DNA of 64,000 nucleotides from Candidatus Sericytochromatia bacterium. Lineage in GTDB: Bacteria > Cyanobacteriota > Sericytochromatia > S15B-MN24 > JAQBPE01. The DNA is taken from contig JBBAPZ010000003.1 of assembly GCA_040400605.1 (NCBI GenBank), forward strand, positions 158,507 through 222,506, read 5' to 3'. Shown here piece by piece: positions 40,471-50,438 of this stretch. The translations under genes and the position numbers were made by a program. Each line of letters opens with the position of its first letter. Positions within the stretch are counted from its first letter, which is position 1. The notes beneath the pieces are model-generated. The model worked only from the letters and a program-made list of their open reading frames with translations. It was not told the origin of the DNA and made no database searches.

Positions 40471-41850
40471 ATGGCCCTTGAACTGAGTAACTTGAGTCCA
40501 GAACAGCGGGCGTGGGGTATCGTGAATCCAGGGTTGGATGACGATGCAGACGGCGCAGAGCCTGCCGTACCATTCCGCCGTCGTGCCGTGGAGCATTTTC
40601 TGGCGCCAGGCTGGCGTTCGGACGCTGTATCGGCGCTGCAGGTACACCAGGGCTTTCACGGGCTTTTTCCGCTGTTTCTAGCGTTAACGCGTGGCGCGAA
40701 TGAAGCGACCTTTGTGATTCGCATTGCCTTCATTCGTGAGCTGTTTGCCAGTTGTCGAGAGCGTTTTTGGGACAAAGACGCGATGCATCGCGTGTTGCCG
40801 TGGCTGAGTGCCGATGCCTTGGATCACCTTGTCAACACGTTTAGGACTTATGGTTGGCTGACCTTTGATCGGCAGCGCGGTTATTGTTGGACTGAAATGG
40901 GTGTGAACGCCGCAGCGATGCTGGGGATGTTGGCTCAGGTGTCACCGCAGCGCCAGGAACTTGGGATCGCTCTGTATGGTGTCGAGTTTTGTCTGCAGAT
41001 GGGTTATGACCCGCTGGATGTTTTGTATAACTTGCGGGCACGCTTTGATGGACTGGCTGCGTGTTTGGTTGAGGCGTTGGACTCTCATTCGGAGGTCAAG
41101 CTGCTTGAGGCCCAGGATCAGTTGGAGCAGTGCATTTCGCTGTCCCAAGAGACCAGACGGGTGTTGGATGGTCTTGATCTCGACCGTCGGGAATTGCGTC
41201 AGGAGTATCAGGCGATTCACCAGCATTTGAGTCAACTTCATGCGTATCGCTCGGAGTTGCTGCGGGTTTTGACGGGAATGGGTGAGCAATTCATCACCCT
41301 TGACGGCGGCATCAATCAGGTTGATATTACGCGGACGCTTATCGAGGCAGATGTTGACGAGTTGGCTGCGATCGCCGCATCCGCGTTCCGTTGTCCGGCT
41401 TTTTTGCCACCGTTGTTTGATGCCAGTTTGTTGGTGGCGGCCGCGGATTATCATTTGCATCGAGAACTGATCGAATTGGAGGAGGAGTTCTGGAATGAAC
41501 CGGTACCGGCCGAAACGATGGCTGCGCAAAGTACGAGTCGCGAAACCATTGCCGAAGCCGTACAGGATCTGGAACAACTGGCCAGGCGGCCTGACCCGAC
41601 GCCCGTGCACGAGTTTGCGTCGACGGAGAGCGCGGCGTTGGCCTTGTATCGCATCTCATTGCTGCCGTTGTTGGGCACGCCCATCGCTCCGGGTGAACGC
41701 ATTGACAGTCCTGTGCAGCGATTGAAAATGGTGCCTGTTGCGATACAGCATCCCGCCACGCCGGGTGTGCTGGAAGCGCCCACCCCGATCATCAAGGCGA
41801 TTACGGATGCGAACCTGGTTCCGTTAAGGAAGGTGAACGATGGAAGATAG
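40471..41850 (+). CDS. Kleisin-like subunit (MukF/MksF/JetA-like)
   Basis: N-terminal winged-helix pattern LDHLVNTFRTYGWL...YCWTEMG, helical middle, acidic linker; first gene of an operon ending in an SMC ATPase; start uncertain (40387-40471). Confidence 0.6.
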   Translation: MALELSNLSPEQRAWGIVNPGLDDDADGAEPAVPFRRRAVEHFLAPGWRSDAVSALQVHQGFHGLFPLFLALTRGANEATFVIRIAFIRELFASCRERFWDKDAMHRVLPWLSADALDHLVNTFRTYGWLTFDRQRGYCWTEMGVNAAAMLGMLAQVSPQRQELGIALYGVEFCLQMGYDPLDVLYNLRARFDGLAACLVEALDSHSEVKLLEAQDQLEQCISLSQETRRVLDGLDLDRRELRQEYQAIHQHLSQLHAYRSELLRVLTGMGEQFITLDGGINQVDITRTLIEADVDELAAIAASAFRCPAFLPPLFDASLLVAAADYHLHRELIELEEEFWNEPVPAETMAAQSTSRETIAEAVQDLEQLARRPDPTPVHEFASTESAALALYRISLLPLLGTPIAPGERIDSPVQRLKMVPVAIQHPATPGVLEAPTPIIKAITDANLVPLRKVNDGR

Positions 41851-42625
41851 TCTTCAAGGTGCTGTCAACCGTATCGTCGGTGCGTCCCGAATCCCGCAGG
41901 ACGAGCGGTTGCACGATGTGGTGGATCGTGAGCGCGTGACTGATTTCAATGTTGGGGTAACAGGTTTTCAATCAGTTGCGGATGTGGCGCAAGAATCGCT
42001 GGAACCCGACGCACAGGCCATCGCGCCGGATGATGAGATTGCCTTGTTGCTGGCGCGTTTTTTCCACAAGGGTTACTTGCCCCGTGCTGAGGCGCGGCCG
42101 TTGATGGATCCGCAGGTGCGCGCCGTTGCAGAGCAGCGTCTGAATGCCGTGGGGCTTGCATTGGCCTGGAGCCCGTATTCGCGTTACTACGGGTTAACCT
42201 TGGCCGATGGGCCGGCTGAGCGTTCGGAGCGCATTACCAATTTGGCGGAGCTGGACCGCAATGCATTGGCGTTGCTTGTGATACTCTGGGCCCGCCTGGT
42301 GCTTCCGCAGCGCCTTGCTGAGGAAGGGCGTGAGGGGGGCGTCAGTGAGCCGGTGGTGGCGTTTGAGACGCTCAATGCCGAGTTTGGCAAGAAACTGGGC
42401 GGACGTCGATTTGAGATGTATGTGAGCCAGTTGCGACGTTTGGGGTTTTTGGAGTATAGCCGCAAGGATGAGATCAAGGCAGGTCCGTTTTTGGATTTGC
42501 TGGGTGATGCCAACCAGTTGGCATCGTACTTGAGACAAAGCACGATTGCCCGCGTGGTGGGTGAAGGTCAGGTGGTTGAAGAGGCCGAAGTGGATGAATC
42601 CATTGCGGCTGAATCGGTCGAGTAA
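41840..42625 (+). CDS. Kite-like subunit (MukE/MksE/JetB-like)
   Basis: Tandem WH pattern EQRLNAVGLAL...LDRNALALLVILW...SQLRRLGFL...IKAGPFLDL; overlaps the upstream gene; GAAGG RBS. Confidence 0.65.
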   Translation: MEDSLQGAVNRIVGASRIPQDERLHDVVDRERVTDFNVGVTGFQSVADVAQESLEPDAQAIAPDDEIALLLARFFHKGYLPRAEARPLMDPQVRAVAEQRLNAVGLALAWSPYSRYYGLTLADGPAERSERITNLAELDRNALALLVILWARLVLPQRLAEEGREGGVSEPVVAFETLNAEFGKKLGGRRFEMYVSQLRRLGFLEYSRKDEIKAGPFLDLLGDANQLASYLRQSTIARVVGEGQVVEEAEVDESIAAESVE

Positions 42626-42670
42626 TGGTCGTGTGGTTTCGAAAGTCTTGTAGAGACAGGTGACGTTGAC

Positions 42671-45463
42671 GTGTTCAAAATTTTGAGACTTTCTTTCTCC
42701 AATTGGGATTGCTGGCGTCCGGTCTCCGTGCCGCTGGATGAACCGATTGTGATGTTGGCTGGTCCGAACGGGTCTGGCAAGACCACGTTTTTGGATGGCA
42801 TTCGAATCATTCTGAATGCCCCCCGACTGTCCACGAAACGGCGGCGGAACAAGTATATGCGTGATCGCCGTCAAATGACCGTGGTGACGGCCCTGGTGAG
42901 CAATTATCTGCACGAAGGCAACCGTCCCTTTCGGTGCATCAATGTGAACGATGATGTCGTGACCCTCGCGTGTGTGCTGGTTCCCGGGACCAATGGGGTT
43001 GAGAGTCGTTATATGATTCTGCCTGGCGATGTCAGTTTTGCTGATGTGCAGGCGGCGTACGCCAACCAGCAAATTTATGGTCCCGGGGAGTATTCGGATA
43101 TTTTGTTCAAGGCTGGTGTTTCACGGTCTTTGTTGTCAATCCTCGCGATTGAGCAGGGCGAAACCAACAAGCTTTGTGAGCGCAGTCCTCAGGAGTTGTT
43201 CACGTATGTGATGCAAATCAAGGGCCAGCGTCAGGTGTTTGATCGCTATCAGGAGGCCAAGGATGGTTATCATCGTTCGCTTTCGGAACTGGAGGAACAA
43301 AATCGGCGTTTGCAGGTTGAACAGGCGGCGTTGGAGCGTTTGGCCCGTGAAAAGCGGGAGTTCGAACTGTTTAGGGAGCGTCAGCGGCAGTTGGGGCATT
43401 ATCGGTCGGTATTGTTGCCGTTGGCTGAGTATAAAGAGGTGCTCGCCGAACTGAAGCGTCTGGGGCCGGATCGTGACAGTACGCAGTCACGCCTGAATGC
43501 GCTGTTGGCGGATCAGCAGCAGTTACGGAGCTTGCATTCCAGAGAGCTTGAAACGAAGGCGTCGCTGACGGTGACATTTGCCGAGGCCCGTCAACGGGAA
43601 CGTGAGCTCGATTCGATGCGTCAAGCGTTGGCCAGTGAGGGGCGTGGCCTGGATCAGGCCATTGGTCGGTTTGATGCGATCAGGCTTGGAGCGGAACGTG
43701 TGCGTCCTGAGGATATGACATCTTTGGAGGATGATCTGGCGGTGGCTGAGGAGGCCTTGGGGCAGGCCCGGGCTGATCTCGGACGTTTGGAGGATCAAAA
43801 GCGAGAACTGATTGGTGTCTTGAATGCGCTGCAAAAAGGTCAGGTTGTCTACCCGCCCTTCGTTAACGACATGCGACACACCCTGCGGGCTGCTGACATC
43901 CCGGCGACACTGGTGGCGGAGGCGTTGGAGGTGGTCGATTCGCGTTGGCAAGTCGCCATCGAATCAATTGTCGGTGGCGATCGCTTCAACTGGATTGTGG
44001 CGCCTGAGCACCATTTGGCCTCGTTGGAACTGGCGCGCCGCTCACGCTACCGTCATTACATGTGCGAGCCCAGTCGCGATCAGGTTCCCAAAGCCAGACC
44101 CGGTTCCGCACTCAGCGCGGTAAAGGTGCTCGATGCGCGCGTCCCGCGCTGGATTTTGGATCGACTCAATGAAACGGCACTCGTGGATGATGTCGGTGCC
44201 GCCAAAGGTGCCTTGGGTAATTTTCAGGCGGCCATCACGCCCGATGGTTATCGTGTGGATCGCCGCGGCGGCATTTTTATTGGTGTCAGGCCGGGCGAAT
44301 GCTTTTTGGGCCAGATGGGTGTCACCAGTCGTGCAAAGGAAGGTCTCGAACGTTTGGATGAGATTGAAAGCGACATTCGTGACGCCAAACAGCAGGTGCA
44401 GATTTTTTCCCGTGAATTGGCTGAACGACGCCATGCGATTCAGGAACAAACCAAACGTGTGGAGTGGGAGTCGCGAAAACCTGAGTATGAGGCGATCGCA
44501 GGCAAACGCGAAGATTGGCAGAACGCCATGGAGGCACTCGAAAAAGAGCTGAATCAACTCCGAGACGACATGATGATGCAAGGCCAGCGTTTGTCAGCGG
44601 CTGATCGCGATGCCGCGCAAGCGGAAAATGACCTTGCGAGAATTCAGCGTGACATTGATCAACTCAAAGCGCTCCTCGCCAACCGAGAACCACAACTGCG
44701 CCAGGCGGAGGCCAATCGCCTCCGGTTGGAATCGCTGATCCCTGAAGAATCACGACAACCTGAGGCTTTGCAAAACGTGCCCTTGCCCGACATCGTGCGC
44801 CTGCGCATCAACGAGATGGAAATCGAACTGGCTCACTATGCGGGCTGCACCGACGAGAGCATCATGATCCGCCACACGAAACAATCAGAAAACGTGCTAG
44901 CCCAGGAAAGCTTTGTCAATCGCCGCCTCCACGACGTCAAAACCGGTGAAGACGAACTGAAAGCCTGTCGTGCCAGTTACATCAAGCTGGTACAGAAAGT
45001 TCTGGAGGAGTATCGCGATCACGCGATGTCCCTCGCCAAACGTGCCAACATTCACCTCGATATGGAATTACCCAATCTGTCCACCATGGACGACGGCATC
45101 GAAAAAGCGGGCCTCTTCGTCCGCGTTGCCTACGACGGTAAAGAATTGAGAACGCTTTCCGACCCCGACCTCTCCGGCGGACAAAAGGTGATCGTTAGCC
45201 TGCTGCTATTGATGGCCCTCACTGACGGCGAGGGAGCCAATGGACCAGGGTTTTTCATCCTGGATGAACCGTTTGCACACTTGTCCGTTGAACGGATTGA
45301 TGAGGTCGGTGAATTTTTACGCAACTCCCGGGCACAGTTCATTCTCACGACGCCCACCACACACAATCACAATGTCTTTAACCCTGCCCGGCTCACCATC
45401 ACCTTGTTCAAAAAACCACACAATGAACAGTTGGCGCCCCCGCCTGTCATCTGTCGGGTTTAA
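42671..45463 (+). CDS. SMC-family ATPase (MukB/MksB/JetC-like)
   Basis: Walker A GPNGSGKT, Q-loop IEQG, coiled coils flanking a hinge (LEVVDSRWQVAIESIVGGDRF), signature LSGGQ, Walker B/D-loop ILDEPFAHL. Confidence 0.9.
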   Translation: MFKILRLSFSNWDCWRPVSVPLDEPIVMLAGPNGSGKTTFLDGIRIILNAPRLSTKRRRNKYMRDRRQMTVVTALVSNYLHEGNRPFRCINVNDDVVTLACVLVPGTNGVESRYMILPGDVSFADVQAAYANQQIYGPGEYSDILFKAGVSRSLLSILAIEQGETNKLCERSPQELFTYVMQIKGQRQVFDRYQEAKDGYHRSLSELEEQNRRLQVEQAALERLAREKREFELFRERQRQLGHYRSVLLPLAEYKEVLAELKRLGPDRDSTQSRLNALLADQQQLRSLHSRELETKASLTVTFAEARQRERELDSMRQALASEGRGLDQAIGRFDAIRLGAERVRPEDMTSLEDDLAVAEEALGQARADLGRLEDQKRELIGVLNALQKGQVVYPPFVNDMRHTLRAADIPATLVAEALEVVDSRWQVAIESIVGGDRFNWIVAPEHHLASLELARRSRYRHYMCEPSRDQVPKARPGSALSAVKVLDARVPRWILDRLNETALVDDVGAAKGALGNFQAAITPDGYRVDRRGGIFIGVRPGECFLGQMGVTSRAKEGLERLDEIESDIRDAKQQVQIFSRELAERRHAIQEQTKRVEWESRKPEYEAIAGKREDWQNAMEALEKELNQLRDDMMMQGQRLSAADRDAAQAENDLARIQRDIDQLKALLANREPQLRQAEANRLRLESLIPEESRQPEALQNVPLPDIVRLRINEMEIELAHYAGCTDESIMIRHTKQSENVLAQESFVNRRLHDVKTGEDELKACRASYIKLVQKVLEEYRDHAMSLAKRANIHLDMELPNLSTMDDGIEKAGLFVRVAYDGKELRTLSDPDLSGGQKVIVSLLLLMALTDGEGANGPGFFILDEPFAHLSVERIDEVGEFLRNSRAQFILTTPTTHNHNVFNPARLTITLFKKPHNEQLAPPPVICRV

Positions 45464-45851
45464 CCCCTCCCAACCCTTTCCATTAACCGAACAGGTCCGG
45501 CTACGTTGGGGCTCTCACGAACCGGGGCCTTGATCAACTTCGGCCCAGACAGACACTTGTCGCTCGACCGCAGGTCTGCCGGATCACGAAGCGGACAATC
45601 GCTTGAAACGCCGATTTGACGCTGGATGGAGCCGAGTTCGGCTGCAAACCGAATCCCAGGGGTTAACCATTTGCCACTGACAAGGCGTTCAACGGATTTT
45701 CAGTGTTTTCTGCCATGAAATGTCAAACCGTGTTTCACCGTCTTTGCTATCCGCAGAAAGGATCCCCGTTTCGCTTGTGCAAGCGGCCGGTATCTCGTTC
45801 ATCGAGGCTTCTACGATGACTTTTTTTCTGCCATACCGCTGACCAACAACC

Positions 45852-46931
45852 TTAATGCCGGCGCAAGGCTAAATGGGCTTCGTGTTGTTCCCGAAGATGC
45901 CAAGGCTGCTCGGCGTACACATCGTTAAACAGCGTGTCGACAGTGGGTAACCGCTCCGCTTGCGCTTCTTTGGCCGCTTCGAGCAATTCCTGATTGAGGG
46001 CTTCACGCAGTGCTTCGCCTTCCTCCGGTGTCCAAAGACCACGCTCACGCAAGACACTTTCAAACTGTGCGATGGGGTCTCGCTCACGCCACGGGGCGAC
46101 CTCCGCATCATCGCGATAGGCTGATGGGTCATCGGAGGTTGAATGGGGACCTACCCTGTAGGTGAGCGCTTCAATCAATGTCGCGCCACCACCCGCACGG
46201 GCTTTTTCAACAGCCGCACTTGTGGCGGCGTAAGTGGCCAAAAAGTCGTTGCCATCCACTTTTACCCCTTGTATTCCATAAGCCACGGCACGTCCCGCAA
46301 TATCTTGGGAGGCCGATTGCTTGCTTGTTGGAACTGAAATGGCCCAGCCGTTGTTCTGGCAGAAAAATACGATCGGCGCCTTGTAGACGCCAGCGAAGTT
46401 CAACGCGGTGTGAACGTCGGAGGTGGAGGCGGTGCCATCACCGAAATAGGTCATGACCACCACCGGATCGCCTTTCAGTCTGGCGGCCATCGCCGCGCCA
46501 ACCGCCTGAGGTACCTGTGTACCGACAGGGGCGCTGATGCTGACAAAATTGACCTCCCGAAACGAATATTCCGGAGGCAGATTTCGTCCCATCACGTTGT
46601 CAGCAGCGTTCCCGAACAGGTGGTCCAACAGCTTGCGCATCGGAATCCCGCGGACGAGTGCCACCGCATGCTCTCGATAAGACGGAAACACCCAGTCTTG
46701 AGGCGCCAATGCCATGCCGCTTGCCACAATTGCGGCCTCCTGACCGAGACAGCCCAACCAGGAATGGATGCGTCCTGTTCGTTGCAGATTCGTGGCACGG
46801 TCGTGAAGGAGGCGCATCATCACCATTGATCGATAGCCTGACAACAAGGCGTTGTCATCCAAGGACACGGCTGAGGCATTTTCCCCAGCTGTCGCGTTGG
46901 CCTGCGTCACCATTGTTTGCTCTGCACCCAT
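45852..46931 (-). CDS. pdhA: Pyruvate/2-oxoacid dehydrogenase E1 alpha subunit
   Basis: GQEAA, PSYREH, FGDGTAS...QNNGWAIS (TPP motif), YRVGPHSTSDDP; could instead be a branched-chain E1 alpha. Confidence 0.85.
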   Translation of the reverse strand: MGAEQTMVTQANATAGENASAVSLDDNALLSGYRSMVMMRLLHDRATNLQRTGRIHSWLGCLGQEAAIVASGMALAPQDWVFPSYREHAVALVRGIPMRKLLDHLFGNAADNVMGRNLPPEYSFREVNFVSISAPVGTQVPQAVGAAMAARLKGDPVVVMTYFGDGTASTSDVHTALNFAGVYKAPIVFFCQNNGWAISVPTSKQSASQDIAGRAVAYGIQGVKVDGNDFLATYAATSAAVEKARAGGGATLIEALTYRVGPHSTSDDPSAYRDDAEVAPWRERDPIAQFESVLRERGLWTPEEGEALREALNQELLEAAKEAQAERLPTVDTLFNDVYAEQPWHLREQHEAHLALRRH

Positions 46932-47796
46932 GCCAATCCCCCTTGATCGCTCGGTCGCTGAACCCAGCCACGAATCGTGAACAGCCGGACAACGATCAGT
47001 GTATCACGGCAATTTGCACCAAGCGGAGGGCGTCACGGGCAACACTGAAGGCAAGAACCCCCGGACGAGGCAGGGTGAGCGAATCAGTCTTGCAGGTAAA
47101 AGTCTTCAGGACCTGCGCCGCAGTCTGGAAACGGACAGAGATCAGGCGGGTGGTCCCCCTCTTCAATATAACCACAACGTGAGCAGACCCACACTTTTTT
47201 CTGTTGCGCAACCTCTGCCATGGTCATCTCCTTCAAACGATGCGATCAAGGTGGCACCGTGTCGGTTTTATTCCCAAAAACACACATTACGGAACGTTCA
47301 GTTTGAAACAGGACGCAGGAATCATCAACGTCACTGATCAGACGACAACGAACAGACCAAGACAGGCAAGTAAGAAGACTGATACTGGTTGCTACAGGCG
47401 GCAGTGTAACAACGTACCTTTAAGCAACAACCAGTCAGTTTGATGGATAGCAGGACGCGTCGGATTGATCGTTCAGATAGATTCATCGCTTCGGCGTCAC
47501 ATTGGTCGTTTGTCGGCGCGTTGTTGCCTGGATGTACCTTGCGGTGCCAGCCATTTTTACCAAAAAAACTGTTCAGGCTGATGGTTGGGGCTCCGAGAAG
47601 GTTTCGTCTGGTTGCGGTTATCAGCACCTGTTGATACAATTCCACTGGTGACGTGTGCGTTTCAGTATGCAGTCGCCGAACAGTTTCCCTGGTCGCTCGA
47701 TGCCAACTGTTGCAGTGAGGTGTGCGCGACCCAACGTGTAAGCCCGACCGCATGGTTGGCTGGCAAGATCATGAAACGGTAAGGAAGTAGGAAAAC

Positions 47797-48912
47797 GTGT
47801 TGACGCCGAATGTTGAGCAAACCATGGAAGAGTTCATCGATTACGATTCGACCTTCCGGAATTTTCAGCAGGGTGACATCGTGACAGGCTATGTCATTCG
47901 TGTGTCGCCAGATGAGGTTTTGGTTGATGTTGGCGGCAAGTCGGAGGGTGTGATTCCGATCCGTGAATTGAGCAGCACCCACGTGGGTGATCCCCGCGAG
48001 TTCGTTTCGGAAGGCGACGAACTGGAATTGTACATCCTGCGGGAAGAGAACGAAGATGGGCAATTGACGCTCTCAAAAAAACGGGTTGACCAGGCCCGTG
48101 GTTGGATCCAGGCGCTCAAGGATTATGAAGAGGAAAAAACGATCAGTGCCCCGGTCAAGGACGTGGTCAAGGGCGGTGTGATCGTTGACACGTACAAATT
48201 GCGTGGTTTTGTGCCTGCGTCCCAGTTGCGGACGAAGGGGCCTCACGAAGAATTGATTGGGCAGGAGCTGCCGCTTAAGATCATCGAAGTGGATCAACGG
48301 CGCAACAAGCTTATTTTGTCGCATCGGCAGGCGATCGCGGCAGAGAAGGGTAAGCAGCGGTCTGAAACCTTGGCCTCTTTGGAGATTAACCAAATTGTCG
48401 AGGGTAAGGTGGTTCGCATTGCTGACTTTGGTGCATTCATTGATTTGGGTGGTATTGATGGGTTGTTGCCCATTTCAGAGATTTCGTGGCAACGCATCCA
48501 GCATCCGTCTGATCTGCTCAAAATCGGCGACGATTTGACTTTGAAAGTGTTGAAAGTGGATCGGGAAAGCCACAAGATTTCCTTGTCCCTGAAGCAGTTG
48601 CAGACAGATCCTTGGTCGACGTTGGCGGAGCGGTATCGTGAAGGCGAAGTGATCGAGGGGCGTGTGACCAAGCTTGCAACCTTTGGTGCTTTTGTTGAGA
48701 TCGAACCGGGTGTTGAAGCGTTGTTGCCGACCGCGGAGATGTCGGAGCGTCAGGTGAAGCCTGAGGAGATCGTCGAAGTGGGTCAGGAGATTCGGGCGCA
48801 AATCAAGCGTTTCCGTCCAGAGGACAAGCGTATTTCGCTGAGCTTGCGTGATGTGGCGCAAGACATTACCCGTGAAGACGCTGAGGGTGAAGATGGGGCG
48901 GCGGACGCGTAA
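47797..48912 (+). CDS. rpsA: 30S ribosomal protein S1 (short, four S1 domains)
   Basis: VDVGGKSEGVIP, RGFVPASQL, DFGAFIDLGGIDGLL, FGAFVEIEPGVEALL. Confidence 0.93.
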   Translation: MLTPNVEQTMEEFIDYDSTFRNFQQGDIVTGYVIRVSPDEVLVDVGGKSEGVIPIRELSSTHVGDPREFVSEGDELELYILREENEDGQLTLSKKRVDQARGWIQALKDYEEEKTISAPVKDVVKGGVIVDTYKLRGFVPASQLRTKGPHEELIGQELPLKIIEVDQRRNKLILSHRQAIAAEKGKQRSETLASLEINQIVEGKVVRIADFGAFIDLGGIDGLLPISEISWQRIQHPSDLLKIGDDLTLKVLKVDRESHKISLSLKQLQTDPWSTLAERYREGEVIEGRVTKLATFGAFVEIEPGVEALLPTAEMSERQVKPEEIVEVGQEIRAQIKRFRPEDKRISLSLRDVAQDITREDAEGEDGAADA

Positions 48913-50299
48913 GAAGCCCTCTGGGGGTGTGATTGCTTCAGTGGAGTCGGGCAGCATTGCTGCCCGACTTGATCTGCGTGTCGGCGATCGCTTGTTGCGC
49001 ATTAACGGCAAGGTGTTGCGTGACATCATTGATTACCGGTATGAATGCGCCGAAGAGGCGTTGCGTTTACAGGTTCAGCGTGGCGACTCGCGATTCTCCG
49101 TGCTTGTGAACAAAGAGATCGATGATGATCTTGGCATCTCGTTTGAGTTGGCTGTCTTCGATAACATCATTGAGTGTCACAATCGTTGTTCATTCTGTTT
49201 CATTCATCAGATGGCAAGGGGTTTAAGGCATTCGCTGTATATCATGGACGATGATTATCGACTGAGCTTTCTGCAGGGCAATTTTGTTACCTTGACGAAC
49301 ATGACCCCTGCTGATTGGAAGCGGGTTAAACAGGATCACTTGAGTCCGCTGAATGTGTCGGTGCATGCGACCAACCCGGAATTGCGGGCAGAAATGATCA
49401 AGCACCCGGATGGTGGGCGCATCATGGCGCATTTGCGGCGTTTAAGGCGTCATGGAATCGATTTTAATGCGCAGATTGTTTTTTGTCCGGGGTTGAATGA
49501 TGGTGCTGAATTGGATCGAACCATTGGTGACTTGGCTCGATTGGTACCATCGTTGTTATCGATCGCGATTGTTCCGATTGGCCTGACGCAGTTTCGCAAG
49601 TATTTGCCCCAGATGACGCCTGTATCCAAGGAGCTGGCGCGGGCGACCATTCAGCAGGTTCGTCAGTGGCAAACGCGATTTCAGGCGGAGTTCGGTGATC
49701 CCATCGTGCGTTTGGGTGATGAGTTTTATTTGATCGCCGAACTTCCCTTGCCCGGTCATCGGCATTATGGTGATTACGACCAGTTGGGGGATGGTGTTGG
49801 CGGTGCGGCACTGATTGCCCACGAGTTCAAACGATTGTCACGCAAATTGCCCAGTGCGTTGACATCCTCGCGTCGGGTCACCGTGATTACTGGTGAAGCC
49901 GGGGAACGTGTTTTGCAACCATTCGTGACGCGGTTGAATCAGATTGAAGCGCTCACGGTTCGCTTGAGGGTGGTTCCCAGCCTGTTCTGGGGTGGCATCA
50001 TCACTGTGACCGGGTTGGTGACGGGGGAGGATCTGTTGCGGGAGTTGCGCGATGAGGATCTTGGCGATGCGGTGATCGTGTCGCGTGTCATGTTGAAAGA
50101 TGGCACGGATCTCACGCTGGATGGCAAACGCATTTCGGAGTTAGCCGAGGCGTTGGGTGTTCCGATTCATGCAGTCGAAAATTCAGCGACCGGCTTGATT
50201 GCAGGCGTTTTGGGAGAACCTGAAAGCCATTGGGCCCTCTCGGAACGCCTGTACGGCAATGCGTACGAGCCAAACCTGCCCTTGGCTGCCCTCAACTAA
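48893..50299 (+). CDS. DUF512/TIGR03279-like PDZ plus radical-SAM-like Fe-S protein
   Basis: PDZ GSIAARLDLRVGD, CHNRCSFC (CxxxCxxC), DDDYRLSFLQGNFVTLTN, SVHATNP, DEFY; start uncertain. Confidence 0.88.
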   Translation: MGRRTRKKPSGGVIASVESGSIAARLDLRVGDRLLRINGKVLRDIIDYRYECAEEALRLQVQRGDSRFSVLVNKEIDDDLGISFELAVFDNIIECHNRCSFCFIHQMARGLRHSLYIMDDDYRLSFLQGNFVTLTNMTPADWKRVKQDHLSPLNVSVHATNPELRAEMIKHPDGGRIMAHLRRLRRHGIDFNAQIVFCPGLNDGAELDRTIGDLARLVPSLLSIAIVPIGLTQFRKYLPQMTPVSKELARATIQQVRQWQTRFQAEFGDPIVRLGDEFYLIAELPLPGHRHYGDYDQLGDGVGGAALIAHEFKRLSRKLPSALTSSRRVTVITGEAGERVLQPFVTRLNQIEALTVRLRVVPSLFWGGIITVTGLVTGEDLLRELRDEDLGDAVIVSRVMLKDGTDLTLDGKRISELAEALGVPIHAVENSATGLIAGVLGEPESHWALSERLYGNAYEPNLPLAALN

Positions 50300-50438
50300 G
50301 TGACGGGTCACGTTGAGACAGGGTCGCCACGAACAGTGAATGGCCCTTGGGCGTGCGGAGGTGTGTTGCACTCGCTTTGTGGATTGCTGCGTCTCAGACT
50401 GGGTATAATAAATACGTTATTTGTCAGGAGATGGTTCC

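Noticed and set aside
45464..45851. Possible jetD/mksG or tmRNA after the SMC gene
   Set aside because: No suitable ORF or Toprim motif, and no tRNA-like ends
47020..47110. Glycine-riboswitch-like words (GGAGGG...CACTGAAGG...CAGGTAAAAG) on the plus strand
   Set aside because: Lacks the CTCTCAGG core, is antisense to pdhA, lies about 700 nt from rpsA, and no glycine gene is downstream
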